In this document: positions 13,010 to 26,945 of the stretch, piece by piece
Layout of the letters: each line of letters begins with the position of its first letter
Position numbering within the stretch: the first letter of the stretch is position 1
NCBI GenBank assembly: GCA_951406725.2
Contig: OX597832.1
Span: forward strand, 39,184,001 to 39,248,000
DNA: 64,000 nucleotides
Source: Octopus vulgaris
Lineage: Eukaryota
Reading direction: 5' to 3'
Position numbers and translations under genes: made by a program
The notes under the pieces: model-generated
Database searches by the model: none
Told to the model about the DNA's origin: nothing
The model's input: the letters and a program-made list of their open reading frames with translations, nothing else

Positions 13010-13072
<63 letters not shown>

Positions 13073-13075
<3 letters not shown>

Positions 13076-13290
13076 TTTATTTGTTTCAGTCATTAGACAG
13101 CGACCATTCTTGAAGAATTTTTGGTCGATTGAATCGTCCCCAGTATTTCTCTTTTTTTCTTTTATTTTCTTTTTTTCAGCCTGGTACTTAGTCTATCGGT
13201 CTCCTTGCCGAACTGCTATGTCGCGGGGACATAAACACACAAAACCGGTTGTCAGGCTGTGGTGGGGACAAGCACTGACGCAAAAACGTG
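13073..13290 (-). mobile_element. SINE family B 3' half
   Basis: TTGTTTCAGTCATT...GCCGAACTGCTA...GGGGACATAAACAC...CCGGTTGTCA. Confidence 0.7.
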
Positions 13291-13523
13291 CGCGCATTCA
13301 CATGCATATATATAAATTTTTCGGATTTATATATGTATATGTACAATCTCTTCGGAAGAGAAACTCTGGTGAATGTTTGATGTACTGTCTCTATAAGTTT
13401 GGAAAACAGAAAACAGTAATATTACGCAATGCAATTAACATTTCATGTGGAATAATATAAACATTTCAACGCAACCAAAACTTGTTAAATTCAAATTTAG
13501 TGTGATGTGAGGAATTTCAGTAT

Positions 13524-13558
<35 letters not shown>

Positions 13559-13708
13559 AACACGCACACACATATATATATGCATATGTATGTATGCATC
13601 TATATATATATATATATATATACATATATATGTATATATGCACGTCTATGCATGTATGTATATATACACACATACATGCACACACATGTCTGTATGTACA
13701 TGTATATA

Positions 13709-13775
<67 letters not shown>

Positions 13776-14478
13776 GTATGTATGTATGTATATTACTTGC
13801 ATCCTACCTCTTATAAACTTCAACATTATATATAAGAGCAACTACCGGAAGTTTGTAAGTTTGTGCTGCAATCGCTTGGTTCCTGTTAGTTCCAGAGTAA
13901 ACCAATATAATATATCGTTCCTTCCCCTACCCCACTCCCACACAGACACAAATACACACATAATCTGCTTCTTCCATACTATTTCTATCTTCATCAGCTA
14001 TTCTTTATATCCGTTTGGCATTTTCACTATTACTTTTTTTCTTCTGCTTCCGCTTTGTTTCCATAAACTAAAACCAAAATACTGACTTACTGATGGTATA
14101 ACTACACAAGTATGTTTCACATTTACTCAAATGCGCATGCCCATACTATTTCCTACACCCACGTCACTACCAGACACATGAACAAAATGAATATTTATAG
14201 GTTTGTGTGTGAATTAAACGCGCGGTTGGATGTTGGTTATGAATTTCATTTGATATACATACGAACAGGCTAAAAGTACTCAATACAGGTATTAAAGTAT
14301 AATCCATTCCGTTCGGATAATGCCTTTAGCCAAAACTTCTAAATTTCGTTAGTGTGTAATCACGGAAAATAAGGGTGGAACCGATCCTTCGTACCACATA
14401 TATGTGAGTGTGTGTGTGTGTATGTGTGTGTGAGTGTATGTGCGTGTTTGTTTCTCAGTATATGTGTGTATTTAGGTA

Positions 14479-14590
14479 TACAGAGTCCGCCAAAAACGTG
14501 TATACACACTTCAAGAAATAGCTGTATAAATATTTTAATCCAGTGTTATTGGAATTTATTCAGTATTATAGCATTTGATAAAACATAGAA
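14479..14590 (+). mobile_element. Solo Tc1/mariner-like terminal inverted repeat end
   Basis: TA|CAGAGTCCGCCAAAAACGTGTATACACACTT resembles Tc1/mariner TIRs from memory; I saw no partner end. Confidence 0.35.
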
Positions 14591-14901
14591 AGAAAATAAC
14601 AATATCGCCAAATCAAGAATAAGGTTAAGAACTCACCAATGAAATAATTGGCTCCAAGGGTCAAGAGTTCATCTGGCACCACTGCATCATTTTCTGTCTC
14701 GTTCTGTTTTATTAGATCCCCTTGAGATGTGTTGCAGGTTAGAAATCCTTCATCGGTCACGTGGTAGAAAAGTATGGCGTAACGGGAAGCCCAGTCTTCT
14801 TCTAGGCTGAAACTAGAACAGAATGAATATTTGAGACGCCATTGAGAATATCGTAACTGACAGCAACTGAAGATGTCGTAAAAAGAAAAGAAAAGAAAAG
14901 A

Positions 14902-15186
<285 letters not shown>

Positions 15187-15913
15187 AAAGCATACATACA
15201 CACACATATATATAAGTGTACGAGGTGGGGCCGTTCACTGAGATAATATTTCTCATACTGGTTACTAATTTCATTTGGGTGCACGTGTGTATATAATTTT
15301 CGAGCAAGATTATGAATCTGTTTCTGCACACGCACACACAAAGGCATACACTCACACACTCAAACACACACACTCACTCATACACACACACACGCACATA
15401 CATACGCCTTCACACATGCGCATGAAATAAATATTCTTTAAGCGGAGCAGGAATAATTCCTTGCCAAGTTTAGCAAAGTCGCTCTGTGCTCTTGAACATA
15501 ATAAAATTGCCTGGAATTTCAAAGCTGTAACATAATAATAATAATGCAAACGAAATTATTCTTGTTAATAAATCAAATCTCATATATATTACAATCAATA
15601 AATATATATATTTCATACATTTTACTGCAGAAATATTATTGTTAATCTGGATCAGGCGAGCCCATGTGAATATATATTCAGAAGTCACAATGAGAATGTT
15701 ATAATGAAAGAACTCGAATTATATACCCGGGTAGTTTTTGTGGACAGGAATGAAAGTTCATTCTAAATACCCGGAACGTCGTGAAATCCAGATAACGTCT
15801 CTTTGAGGGTAAAATTTTACAGTATACGAGCTTGATTATCCGAGTGAAGAATAACAATCTTATAAGTGTATTCATAATGCTAACGATATATGTATATTGT
15901 TAGCATGTGTGTA

Positions 15914-15977
<64 letters not shown>

Positions 15978-16699
15978 CGTATATACATATGTACATATAT
16001 ATGTGTGTTTGTTTCTGTGTGTGTATGTATTCGTCAAATATTGTGAGGCTATTTTCGTGCTCCAAGAAACTGAAGATAATAGAATTGCATCAGAATTAGA
16101 TATACAATTGAATATATACTAAATAACGTAGTGTAAACGAAATCGATCGTGGAAATAAATCAAGGCATGTATGTATGCATATATATATATATATTTATAT
16201 TAGGTTATATATATATATTATGTTTACAACACTATCACAAAGAAATTCTATGAGGTACACGATTAATAATTTGGAGGATATTCTAGGATCGAACGCAGTA
16301 TACAGCTGGAATTGAATGTGTTATCGAACCTGAAAATATAAACACTAGATTTTGACCAAAGTGTGATTTGATCTCAGAACATAAAGAAATTCAACCAAAT
16401 TGCAATTTCACCAATCCACCAACCGTGTTTACATTGCTCATTAAAGATTCGCCCATTCTGGCGTCTATCAGAATGGAGGTAAAGTTGGACATTCTGAGGT
16501 AAAAAAAAAAGCTATTTTGTTTTGTTTTATTTTGTTTTTCTATGTAGAGCATCGAAGCAAGATATAATGAGATTAGATTCTTTGAAGAGACACATCAGCA
16601 TCTACGCATAGCGACGTTAATATGCTAATCAGTTAAATATAAATATTCAGTTGCCAAAAGAAGTCATTACCTTTGAGGAGATAATTTCTTCAATTGAAC

Positions 16700-17040
16700 G
16701 GAAAGGACTTCGTGTGGGACTGAGTGTGGGGACGGGACTAACGATGCGTAGACATTTGCTGAGGTTAAGACATATCCAGCATTTCCATGATAGTGAGCAA
16801 TTGTGGTCACCGTTAAGCCAGGCGTGTTTCACTGTCATTTGTACCTTTGATAGAGCTGCAATCCACGAGCAATTCTTGACCGAAGAAAGGTATCTGGCAT
16901 ATAGAGTGCTGTCAACCAGTCAGAACCATTTTCCTGACGAGCGATGTGGTCATTGTATTTTCTATCATGGACTGACCACATCTGATTTTCTTGCTCCACT
17001 ACTATGGTCAATCTTTTCGGACAATCTTTGAGGGTGGTGC
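16700..17040 (-). pseudogene. Heavily decayed mariner-like transposase N-terminal fragment
   Basis: Minus-strand pieces DHSSGARKSD...VRKMVLTG*QHSICQI...R*PQLLT parallel the mariner DDPRSGRP...VxxMVxxDRRxSIxQI...WVPRLLT pattern; many stops and frameshifts. Confidence 0.4.
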
Positions 17041-17138
17041 ATACTGTGCACTTAGTACAATTCCTAGTCCTATCTAAGTTCTGTCGCTCTTAATTACTCT
17101 CATTTTCCTTTTACAGAAAAGGTGCAGAACATCTTATT

Positions 17139-17139
<1 letters not shown>

Positions 17140-17174
<35 letters not shown>

Positions 17175-17188
17175 GCTGTTGTTGTTGC

Positions 17189-17251
<63 letters not shown>
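17140..17251. repeat. (GTT)n microsatellite
   Basis: Seen directly. Confidence 0.98.
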
Positions 17252-17252
<1 letters not shown>

Positions 17253-17255
17253 CTT

Positions 17256-17700
17256 ACGCCAGTGAATTGGCAGAATCGTTACCACGCCGGGATAAAGCTT
17301 AGCGGTATTTCGTCTGCCGTTAGGTTCTGAGTTTAATTTCCGCCGAGGTCGACTTGGCCTTTCATCCTTTCGGGGCCAATAAATTAAGTACCAGTTACGC
17401 ACTGAGGTCGATATGATCGACTTAATCCGTCTGCCTGTCCTTGTTTGTCCTCTCTGTGTTTAGCCCCTTGTGGGTAGTAAAGAAATAGGTACCTCGTCTG
17501 CCGTTAGGTTCTGAGTTCAAATTCCGCCGAGGTTGACTTTGCCTTTCATCCTTTCGGGGTCAATAAATTAAGTACCAGTTACGCATATAATCGACTTAAT
17601 CCGTTTGTCTGTCCTTGTTTCTCCTCTCTGTGTTTAGCCCCGTGTGGGCAGTAAATAAATAGGTATTTCGCGCGCCTTTACGTTCTGAGTTCAAATTTAC
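17256..17700 (+). mobile_element. SINE family A head-to-tail tandem array
   Basis: A full head, then repeat units joined at AAATA|GGTA (17487/17488 and 17661/17662), the same junction as in 695-1311. Confidence 0.85.
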
Positions 17701-18112
17701 CTTTAGGAGGTGATACAATGAGTACCAGTTAATGTAATCAGGTTTCTCTCACCTATAATTTCAGATCCTATGCTTATAATAGAAAAGGTTACTATTATTA
17801 TTTCTATCATCAAATCTATATACACATTTATATATAAAATTATGCGTCTGTATTCCTTATAAATAGTAAATTCTGGGAAACGTGTATTTTTAAGTATCAA
17901 CAGACTTGACAACTTGATATATGCGTATATACATTAGTGTGTGCGTCTATGTTCTAGTACATGTTAATGCATAATTTTATATGTAACCTATTTTAAATTC
18001 TGCCATATTTAGCTTCTCGTCGGCAACTACGACTGTGGCTTTGTTTAAATTTAATATATTTGCGTTACACTCTGACTGTTCATACATAAGGTTACTTGAA
18101 GGAATGTAGACA

Positions 18113-18206
<94 letters not shown>

Positions 18207-18258
18207 TATGTATGTATAAGAGTACATATAAAAATATATATTCTACTTGTATGTATAC

Positions 18259-18331
<73 letters not shown>

Positions 18332-18548
18332 CATATACATACGTATATATACGGATATACATATATATATATATATATATATACACTCACACATACACAG
18401 ATGTGTATGTGTATTTGTGTGTATATTTGTGGCTATGTTCATGTGTGGGTGTATGTATATATCTTTATTCCTGGACGTATATCGATCATGACTTTGTTTT
18501 TGTGAGGTTTCTCTTTGTATATAATATGTAAATAATATATATATATAC

Positions 18549-18600
<52 letters not shown>

Positions 18601-19221
18601 TATATATATATATTATATAATATAAGATATGTGTGTGTATTGATATTCATATTGATGTGTACATGGAATTGATGTTTAAAGCCAAATAAATGACTTTAAC
18701 CTATCTATCAGTATACATGTATGTCTTCAAGGTTCGTTCATGGGATTATATCTATATATCTTTGCGTACATCAGTATTTGAGAGTGTATATGTATTATGC
18801 TATATGTATGCTTATAATTATTTTATAATTATGATGTGTATTTCTACATAAATATTTGTATATACTTACGCAGAGTATATAAATATAGTGACGGGGAGAG
18901 AAAGAGGGAGAAAGAGAGAGAGGGAGAGAGGGAAAGAGAACGGGAGGAAAGAGTGCAGGAGGGAGTGGGAGAGAGAGATAAATATGCATACGCATGTATA
19001 TATATATCTTTAACACCGAGCATATACATTAATGTGAATGTGTGTATATATTTATACACACACATTAATGTGTGTGCCCTGTGTTAAAGATATATATGTA
19101 TACATATATATACCTTTACATATATATATATGCACACTATATATATATACACATATATATATATATATGTATATATCTTTAACATTGCGCACACACATTA
19201 TTGTGAGCGTGTTTATATATA

Positions 19222-19265
<44 letters not shown>

Positions 19266-19280
19266 TATATATATATATAC

Positions 19281-19315
<35 letters not shown>

Positions 19316-19330
19316 CATACATACATAAAT

Positions 19331-19563
19331 AGGAGCATTCCGTCGGTTACGTCGACGAGGGTTCCAGCTGATGCGATCAACGGAACAGCTTGATCGTGAT
19401 ATTAACGCGCATGTGGCTGAGGAATCCACAGACGCGTGTACCGTTAACGTTGTTCTCGGGGAGATTTAATGTGACACAGAGTGTGACAAGACTGGTCCTT
19501 TGAAATACAGGCACAACAGAAACATGAAGAAAGAGGGAGAGAAAGATGTGTACAACAGGGTTC
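19331..19563 (-). mobile_element. SINE family C 3' half
   Basis: Matches 23501-23740 (GCATTCCGTCGGTTACG...TGTGACAAG...GAAATACAGG). Confidence 0.85.
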
Positions 19564-20002
19564 ATATATATATAATACAGATGTTGGCATTCGTCATGAT
19601 AGATCGCTAGACACTAAACCTTTTTCTATTTTCTCTCCCTGTTTATTTCTGTGTTTATCGAAAGACATCTGTTTTTATGTCTTGTTATTTGTATTTGTGT
19701 AACATTCTCCGTTTGTTTCTGTCCTGTTTTCGTATTCATTCGCTGCTTTATTCCAAGAAATCTAATGCTCTTAGGTTAGTTTATCATTGGGGTTGGCCAG
19801 ATTGGAGCAATCCAGAGTATAACCAGCCGAAATTGTAAAGATAATCTGGAACTCGACTGAGGAAAGAAAACTTCAAATGACCCATCTTTGTTTTCTTTGT
19901 ATCTTGTATCTGAATGTTTTGTTGTACCTTTCTTTGTATCACCTGTCTGGAAGTTTTGCGTTCTTGCTCTATTTTGTATTTTATATGTATATATATATAT
20001 AT

Positions 20003-20049
<47 letters not shown>

Positions 20050-20669
20050 CGTGCGTATGTGTGTGTGTGAGTATACGTATATGTGTATACATATGCATAT
20101 ATATGCACACACACACACATATAAATAGAGAGAGACACACACATAGTTTGGAATAGAGAGGGAGACAGATAGAAAGAAAGATTCGCATGTATATTTATTA
20201 TATATGCGTGCGAGTGCGCAAGGTTGCGCGCACGCGTGTGCGTTTGCTCATTTATTCATTGATACACAGAAGTGTGTATGTAGTCGCCAATACCAAATAT
20301 ATTCTCGATTTTCTCACATTCCTCGAGCAGATGCAACACAATCAATAGTAAGTAAATTGAATATCCTATAATAATGAAATGTGGAAGAAATTTCACACAA
20401 GCTTTCAACATCTACATATAAATTTATCTGTTTTCTAACGAATCTATCTGATTGTCGATCTGTGAATCTATAGAGAATCACATTAATATGCCTTTCTCGT
20501 CACAGTCGTCTACAGAATAACACCCACATTGCATATGATGTTTGCGAGTCTTTCTTTTACCTCATCAACCTCCCATCTTTCACCTGCATGTGTTATATTC
20601 TATCTGTGAACAGTTATTCTCGAATATCTTCCTATCTCCAAATGTGTTTCTTCAACAGTATACTGTGTA

Positions 20670-20945
20670 GAAGGCGCACGGCTCGGTGATTAGAGCGTCG
20701 GGCCCACAATCATGAGGTAGTGAGTTTGATTCCAGGACCGGGCTGTCTGTTGTGTTTTTGAGCAAGACATTCTATTTCATGTTACTCCAGTTCAGTCAGC
20801 TCCATGAGCCTTTACTTTTCGTTTGGATAACATTGGTATGTTGAAGAGGGGATGGCTGGTATGCATGCACAAATGCTGGTCTGCTATAAAACAACCTTTC
20901 CCGAGCTTGTGCCTTGGGGTGGGGTACTTTCTAGGTGCAACCCTA
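20670..20945 (+). mobile_element. tRNA-derived SINE family D
   Basis: GGCGCACGGCTCGGTGATTAGAGCG head, GAGTTTGATTCC B-box, TTGAGCAAGACA CORE/V-like motif. Second copy at 23078-23268; fragments near 9405, 10187 and 48320. Confidence 0.75.
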
Positions 20946-21249
20946 TAATCTGTAGAGTTTTGAGAGCAGCATGTCCGAATGGTTCAGCAGTTCGCTTCGA
21001 ATTGATGAGGACATGGGTTCGATCCCATTGGAATCTTGAGGATCTGTATTTTAATATAGGATCGAGTTTAGCCAATACTTGAGAGTGGAAATGGGTAGAC
21101 TGAAACTACAAAGAGCTTGTGACAAAGCAAACAGGTTGAACACGTGGTATAAAACCGACAAATACCAAGGAGTGTTATTTCTAGAGGCTACTCTGGTTTT
21201 GGTTTAAGAATTACATTGAAAGTATCGATAGCATGTTCCTTTATGTCTT

Positions 21250-21712
21250 TTAAGTGCTTCGGTCATTGGACTGCGACCATGTTCGAGCACAGCCTTGAAA
21301 GTTGAGCCGTACAAATAAACCCCAGGACTTATTGCTTTTTTTTTAATTTTGGTATTTATTCTATTGGTTTCCCATTCCGAATCGCAGAGGGAACCAATAG
21401 AATACGTTATGGGGGTGTAAACAAACCAACACCGATCGTCAAGTGGTAGTGGTGGTGGTGGTTTTGGTGATGGTTATGGTGGTGGAGGGCTAGCGCAAAC
21501 GCAAAGACATGTATACGGATAGATATATACATATATGTATATACGACGGATTTCTTTCCGTTTCCGTTTGTCAAATCCACTCACAAGTCTTTGGTCGCCC
21601 CTCCCCTAGCTATAGTAGAACACATTTGCCCAAGGTGCCGTGCAGTGGGACTGAACCCCAAAGCACGTGCTTGGAAAGCAGACCGCTTACTCACGAGACC
21701 ATGACTGCACCT
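21250..21712 (-). mobile_element. SINE family B, near full length, diverged
   Basis: Both halves are present: GGACTGCGACCATG...TAAACAAACCAACACCG and TCCACTCACAAG...GCCCAAGGTGCCGTGCAGTGGGACTGAACCC. Confidence 0.8.
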
Positions 21713-22088
21713 TGTTCAAAGGCTTAACATATAATTCCTGTAGTTCGGACACTTAAAACCTAATGAGCAGATATTTCAGTTGACCGAACTACTGCATGCG
21801 ACTTACTCTCCGTCGAAACGGACGGAAATCCATTTGCTCTTAGTCTTAACACCCACGTCTCATTGTTATTCTGTGAATATCTATTGTCCAATGTCTATCT
21901 TTAAGTGTCTTCATTCAACAGTCTATTCTCTAACACCTTCATGTAATTGTTATTTAATTATGAATCTTTGTTGTTCGATGTCTTCCTTCATAATAAGTGT
22001 CACCAATCTTTAATGTTTTTTTTTGCGAGTTTTAGAAATGTTATAATATACAAATTCTGCTTCTGGTAACAATTCAACACACACACAT

Positions 22089-22132
22089 CATGTATGTATG
22101 TATGTATGTATGTATGTATGTATGTATGTATG

Positions 22133-22163
<31 letters not shown>

Positions 22164-22280
22164 GTATGTACGTATGTATGTACGTACGTATGTATGTATG
22201 TATGTACGTATGTACGTATGTATGTATGAAATTATGAATGTATGTATGTACGAATGTATGTATGTATGTATGTACGTATG

Positions 22281-22312
<32 letters not shown>

Positions 22313-22496
22313 AATGTATGAGTGTATGTATGTACGAATGTATGTATGTATGTACGTATGTATGTATGTATGTATGTACGTTTGTATGTATGTATGTACG
22401 TATGTATGTATGTATGTATGCATGTATGTACGTATGTATGTATGTATGTATGAATGTATGTATGTATGTAAGTATGTATGCATATATGAATGTATG

Positions 22497-22535
<39 letters not shown>

Positions 22536-22701
22536 GTATGTATGTATGTATGTACGTACGTATGTATGTATGTATGTATGTATGAATTTATGTATATATG
22601 AATGTATGTACGTATGTATGTACGTATGTATGTACGTATGTGTGTATGTATGTATGTATGTATGTATGTATGTATGTATGTATGTATGTATGTATGTATG
22701 T
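22089..22701. repeat. Imperfect (ATGT)n microsatellite, ~610 bp
   Basis: Seen directly. Confidence 0.98.
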
Positions 22702-23077
22702 ATTATGGAGATACTGAATGATATAACACAAAATGTTTTTTAAATTAATTCTCAATTTATGGTGAATTTAATTGACTTCATTTAATTTGCTTCATGAAAG
22801 TATAGCACCTATTGTAATGCTTTTGTTCTCTTTGTCCAGTTGACAGACAAATTTCGAATTTTCGATTCCCTAAGGATTTTTTTTTCATTCATTAAGTACA
22901 ATTCTACATGTCTGTTATATCAAACCTCGCCGTTGATTTATTTGAGTTATCTTCCTTGCTTAAATTTTGCTTATATATACAGATATGGAGGTGTATGGAC
23001 ATAGAGTCATGGGTTTGTTGGTAAGAAGTTTGCTTTGCAAACATTTGGTTGGTAGGCGGAAGCTTGTATATGTATGT

Positions 23078-23268
23078 GAGCGTCGTCTGACAATCACGAT
23101 GTAGTGAGTTCGATTCCCGGACCGGACTGTGTTGTGTTCTTGAGCAAGACACTTTATTTCATGTCGCTCCAGATCATTCAGCTGTAGAAATGAGTTGCAG
23201 CATCATTGGTGCCAAGCTGTATCGGCCCCTTTGCCTTTCCCCTGGATAACAATGGTGGTGTGGAGAGG
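23078..23268 (+). mobile_element. SINE family D copy
   Basis: GAGTTCGATTCCCGGACCGG..GTTCTTGAGCAAGACACTTTATTTC, homologous to 20720-20850. Confidence 0.75.
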
Positions 23269-23496
23269 CATAAGGCATTCTGTCCAACGATTAAATAATT
23301 TCCCATATCTCCTGCTCTGGGTTAGTTCTTTATTTCAGTAACCTTTGGAAAGTTGAAAAGCAAGGCTAGTCGTGGCAGAATTTGAACTCAGAAAATGGAA
23401 GCCAGAATAAATATCGTAAAGAACGTTGATTAATAATTTAACGATTCTGTCAGGCTGCTACCTCGGGCGTCAGACGTGTTTCCTTTTGTTTCCATT

Positions 23497-23880
23497 GGAT
23501 GGAAGCACTCCGTTGGTTACGACGACGAGGGTTCCGGTTGATCCGAATCAACGGAACAGCCTGCTCGTGAAATTAACGTGTAAGTGGCTGAGCACTCCAC
23601 ATACACGTGTACCCTTAACGTAGTTCTCGGGGATATTCAGCGTGACACAGAGAGTGACAAGGCCGGCCCTTTGAAATACAGGTACAACAGAAACAGGAAG
23701 AAGAGTGAGAGAAAGTTGTGGTGAAAGAGTACAGCAGGGATCACCACCATCCCCTGCCGGAGCCTCGTGGAGCTTTAGGTGTTTTCGCTCAATAAACACT
23801 CACAACGCCCGGTTTGGGAATCGAAACCGCGATCCTATGACCGCGAGTCCGCTGCCCTAACCACTGGGCCATTGCGCCTC
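23497..23880 (-). mobile_element. Full-length tRNA-derived SINE family C (possibly an octopus OR-type SINE) with 14-bp TSD
   Basis: Head GAGGCGCAATGGCCCAGTGGTTAGGGCAGCGGACTCGCGGTC...GGTTTCGATTCCC. TSD CTTTTGTTTCCATT at 23483-23496 and 23881-23894. Confidence 0.92.
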
Positions 23881-23957
23881 CTTTTGTTTCCATTATTGCT
23901 ATGGACAAAACACAGCCAATATAGAGACAATTGCTTCAGAGTTTCTATTTCTAGCTC

Positions 23958-24143
23958 ATTTAGTACCTGAAAATGAAAACACTGGACTAGTTTTCTCTGA
24001 TATAGTAGGCTACTGTTTAAATTAGGAAATGATGTTATAAAATTAATATTTAGTACGTGAAAATGAAAACACTGGACGAGTTTTCTCCTGTATGATAGGC
24101 TGCTGTTTAAAATAGCAAATATCGTTATAAAATTAATATTTAG
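23958..24143. repeat. Diverged 90-bp tandem duplication
   Basis: ATTTAGTAC[C/G]TGAAAATGAAAACACTGGAC starts at 23958 and 24048; a third ATTTAG is at 24138. Confidence 0.9.
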
Positions 24144-25113
24144 AAATATTTTTCTGCAGGTAATTAGAGGGAATAAAGATTAAAAGATGTATTGTCAACA
24201 ATACAGCTGAGATGAGAAATAATCCACCGCCAACTCCACCCACAAAAAAAACATCGAATAAACCTCATGTTAGAAAACAAATAATGACAGTTATAAGGAT
24301 TTGAGATGAAATGATAATATGAAAGAAGCTTTTGATCAAACCGGAGATATTTGACAAAAATCTAATGCAGCCCAAAATTTACGAGATCAACAGAATTAAT
24401 GAGGTTTAATGCAAAGAAGGTTTAATCCATTAACAGAGACATAGATACAGTGGATACATATCTTTAAGATAATCTAGAACGAGTGATAATTTAATATACA
24501 AAAGGTATGCTTATAAAGAAGCTTCTACGTGGTAACTCGCACGGCCCTAAATAGCAGTTAAATCACAATCAGATCAAACAATGCCACCTGAAAAGAGAGG
24601 ATACATTAAATAATGTCACCTTGACACAGTTTGAAGATACACACAGGTTGATAAGGATACGATTTGATCAACGACTAAAGAGCAAAACACATATGCGAAA
24701 GATGAAGAAAGAAAAATATATAGTATATATAAAGTATATTTGTTAAGTGTGTGAGAGACAGAAGCAAGAAATAAAAGTTATAGCAGGTAGTTCCTAGGAA
24801 AGGATGTAATGTGGATGAATGAGTCCTGTGTGGAAGTAATATGGTCTTGATGTTTAATAAAAACAAAATCACCGATAAATACAGGTGCATACATCTCTGG
24901 AATCCCACACAGTATCCATGTAGCAAATTTTACTATAAAGCAAAGTTCAATCCGAAGCTACAGAAGGAAATACTTAGCCAGTGTATCAGGCGGTGGGATA
25001 GAACCCGTAACTGTATAATCGAGGAACAAACTCCTTAAACCACACAGCTACGCCTAAATCTATGCGCTTAAGGTTTTATGCATATATATATATGAAGATT
25101 ATATACATCATAT

Positions 25114-25456
25114 ACGTGTAGGAGCGGCTGTGGTGGTAAGTAGCTTGCTTACTAACCATATGGTTCCGGGTTCAGTCCCACTGCGTGGAACCTTGGGCAA
25201 GTGTCTTCTACTATAACCTCGGGTCAACCAAAGCCTTGTGAGTGGATTTAGTAGACGGAAACTGAAAGAAGCCCGTCGTATATATGTATACATATATATG
25301 TATGTGTGAGTATATGTTTGTGTGACTGTTTTTGACCCCCCACCCCCAACATTGTTTGACAACAGATTCTGGTGTGTTTACGTCCCCGTCACTTAGCGGC
25401 TCGGCAAAAGAGACCGATAGAATACGTACTAGACTTACAAAGAATAAGTCCTGGGG
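25114..25456 (+). mobile_element. SINE family B, 3'-truncated
   Basis: GGAGCGGCTGTGGTGGTAAGTAGCTTGC...GGGTTCAGTCCCACTGCG...CCTTGGGCAAGTGTCTTCT...AAGAATAAGTCCTGGGG. Confidence 0.9.
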
Positions 25457-26892
25457 CCGAGGATGCACATTAGCTTCCTTTCCTCTTTCTGAGAAAACCT
25501 AAGAATCTATAGGTTTCTATGCAAATCCGTTGCTGCATAGCCTAATGCACTTTTGATGATATCATACTTAAGGACAAAGGAGAAATACTAATTATTTTTA
25601 CATTTACGATTAAATAAATGAAACTTTGATAATATCGATTTCTTGTGTTGTTATAAACTCACAAAATTATCAGAGATCTTTTAACGACAGTGAAGGGTCA
25701 AAATACAATGGTAACACTGATGGGATTTGATCTCACAATATAAGGAAACGGAAGCTAAACAACACAGTACAAAGTTTTCAATGTTACACTCTACCGATTC
25801 TGCCAGCCATGGAAGCCTTTTACTTTAGAAGCCATTATGATAATGTGCCTTAAGCGAAAACATTATCGAATTTCGCAAAGTCTGTAGAATCAATAAGAGA
25901 AACTGAACAAGACCAGATTGTGTTTACTGAAGAAAGCTTATTATGGCGTGACTAGAATTTAAAATTAATGAGAATTGCTATTTTAGTTTCAAAATAATAT
26001 TTTCTAAACTATTCTTCTTTTCTTAAATTCTTCTCCCATAAAATATAAAAGAATAGTAATTTACATAAATATACCCGAAGACTCATGCTGATTTAACTGA
26101 CTTTATCATAAATATCACGCGTGAATGAACAAGCTTCGAACTCACGCTCCAGGAGCTACGAGTCATTAACTGCTGAATCGTCGTTAAATCTTTCCTTCAA
26201 AGAAAACAATTTTTTAAAATTTGCTCTCCAGTCTCATCGAGACAAATTAACCTTCAAATGATGAACACGTAAACAATTCTGTGATCCTAGGACCTGGATT
26301 ACAAATATTAACAATGTAGTTTGTTTTAGTAAGAAGCATTATAAACCACGAACGGTGGAGGAACGCTACCCTTAGCTTTCTTCTGTTCTGATGCAGGGAA
26401 TAACTCCGTGATTGTTTGATATTCTCTTAGCGTTTTAGATGGAAATACTCTCAGTTGAATAGTGGAGAGCTTGTTTTTTACTTAGAGAGGTAGAGTTTTA
26501 GAGCTGTTTGTTGTCTTTTATGTTTAAAGTTCTAGATTAGAACAGATTAGGTATATTTATGATGAGAAAGGTTTTAAAAGTTATCATTTCCACTTTCTTC
26601 AGATACGATTGCTCGATGATTGAAATCTCTTAATATAGACTTCCCAGTAGAAAACTTGATTTGAGAGGATATTCGACTGGTATTTCTAGCAGGACAAGAA
26701 ACTACTTACGGAGCGACCTAGTGCCTCGATGTTAGGAAGAGGAGACGTTAAGGATGGCGTGATGCTGTTGGTCTGATATAAAATGTTAGTTTAGCCCTCG
26801 GAGGAATAAAGTCATGTAGTAATAGCTGAAGGGTCGGAAGCGGTCACACGTTATTAGGACTGTTTCATACACACTTTGATTAGAAACTAACG

Positions 26893-26945
<53 letters not shown>

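Noticed and set aside
13975-14003. Minus-strand CTGATGA-AGATA-GAAA
   Set aside because: No room for stem II and no stem I pairing.
16651-17031. 126-aa plus-strand ORF as a host exon
   Set aside because: Better explained as the antisense of a decayed mariner fragment; no known domain.
19570-19985. TA-bounded T-rich cassette that may be another PLE end
   Set aside because: No second copy and no foldable hammerhead in the window (CTGAGGA at 19858 lacks stems), so it is unsupported here.
20966-21030. tRNA-like sequence (TGTCCGAATGG...CTTCGAA...GGTTCGATCCC); also the heads of SINE C copies
   Set aside because: No acceptor stem, and each continues into SINE body sequence, so these are SINE heads rather than tRNA genes.
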